Assembly (NCBI GenBank): GCA_035084275.1
Contig: CM068746.1
Coordinates: 16,864,001-16,928,000, forward strand
DNA from: Hydrolagus colliei
Taxonomy: Eukaryota
Direction: 5' to 3'
DNA length: 64,000 bases
Shown: one piece after another, positions 63,835 through 64,000 of the stretch
Layout: each line of letters starts with the position of its first letter
Numbering within the stretch: the stretch's first letter is position 1
Notes under the pieces: model-generated
Told to the model about the DNA's origin: nothing
Databases searched by the model: none
What the model saw: the letters and a program-made list of their open reading frames with translations, nothing else
Program-made: the position numbers and the translations under genes

Positions 63835-64000
63835 CACACTCCATTGCATTGGAATGTCAGCCAAGATTTTGACATCACAGGCCCGGCTGACACTCTAATG
63901 TAATGCGAGGAAAGGGCTGCATTGTCAGACATGCCATTCTACAGATGAGAAATTAACCTGAGGTCCTGGCTGCCTTTTCTGGAGGCATTTTCTCCAGATG
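63835..64000 (+). mobile_element. Deu-type SINE fragment(s) running off the window
   Basis: gctgacactc...gctgcattgtcagacatgccattctacagatgagaaattaacctgaggtcc. Confidence 0.55.

Larger units (their letters stand above)
2344..64000 (-). other. NAV3: Large upstream NAV3 intron; first exon(s) presumably beyond the window end
   Basis: No match to the known NAV3 N-terminus in the ORF track; repeat-rich non-coding sequence. Vertebrate NAV3 has a very long intron at this position. Confidence 0.7.

Overview
Vertebrate nuclear DNA: AT-rich, CpG-depleted and repeat-dense. The repeat repertoire suggests a cartilaginous fish, possibly a chimaera (inference, not verified). The only host coding sequence I can support is two small minus-strand exons of neuron navigator 3 (NAV3, calponin-homology domain), at 2226-2343 and 1576-1628, both with canonical AG/GT sites and compatible phases. 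Everything from 2344 to the window end appears to be one upstream intron of over 61 kb, and no canonical first exon is visible. The intron holds many 5'-truncated L2-clade LINE copies ending in (TTG)n, which account for nearly all the long ORFs in the track. It also holds a young tRNA-derived SINE ending in (TTA)n, older Deu-type and LF-SINE-like relics, CR1 3' ends, a 917-bp Tc1/mariner (Tigger/pogo-like) non-autonomous element with 21-bp TIRs and a TA target duplication, and an unclassified repeat present twice in inverted orientation. I see no new protein-coding system. The most interesting system is a retroposon community readable within the window: a modular tRNA/CORE-like/Deu-like/L2-tail SINE whose 3' stem-loop differs between subfamilies, nested insertions that order the families in time, and several templated-insertion repair scars. 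Repeat family names come from remembered consensus similarity and need a Dfam/Repbase check. Repeat boundaries are approximate.
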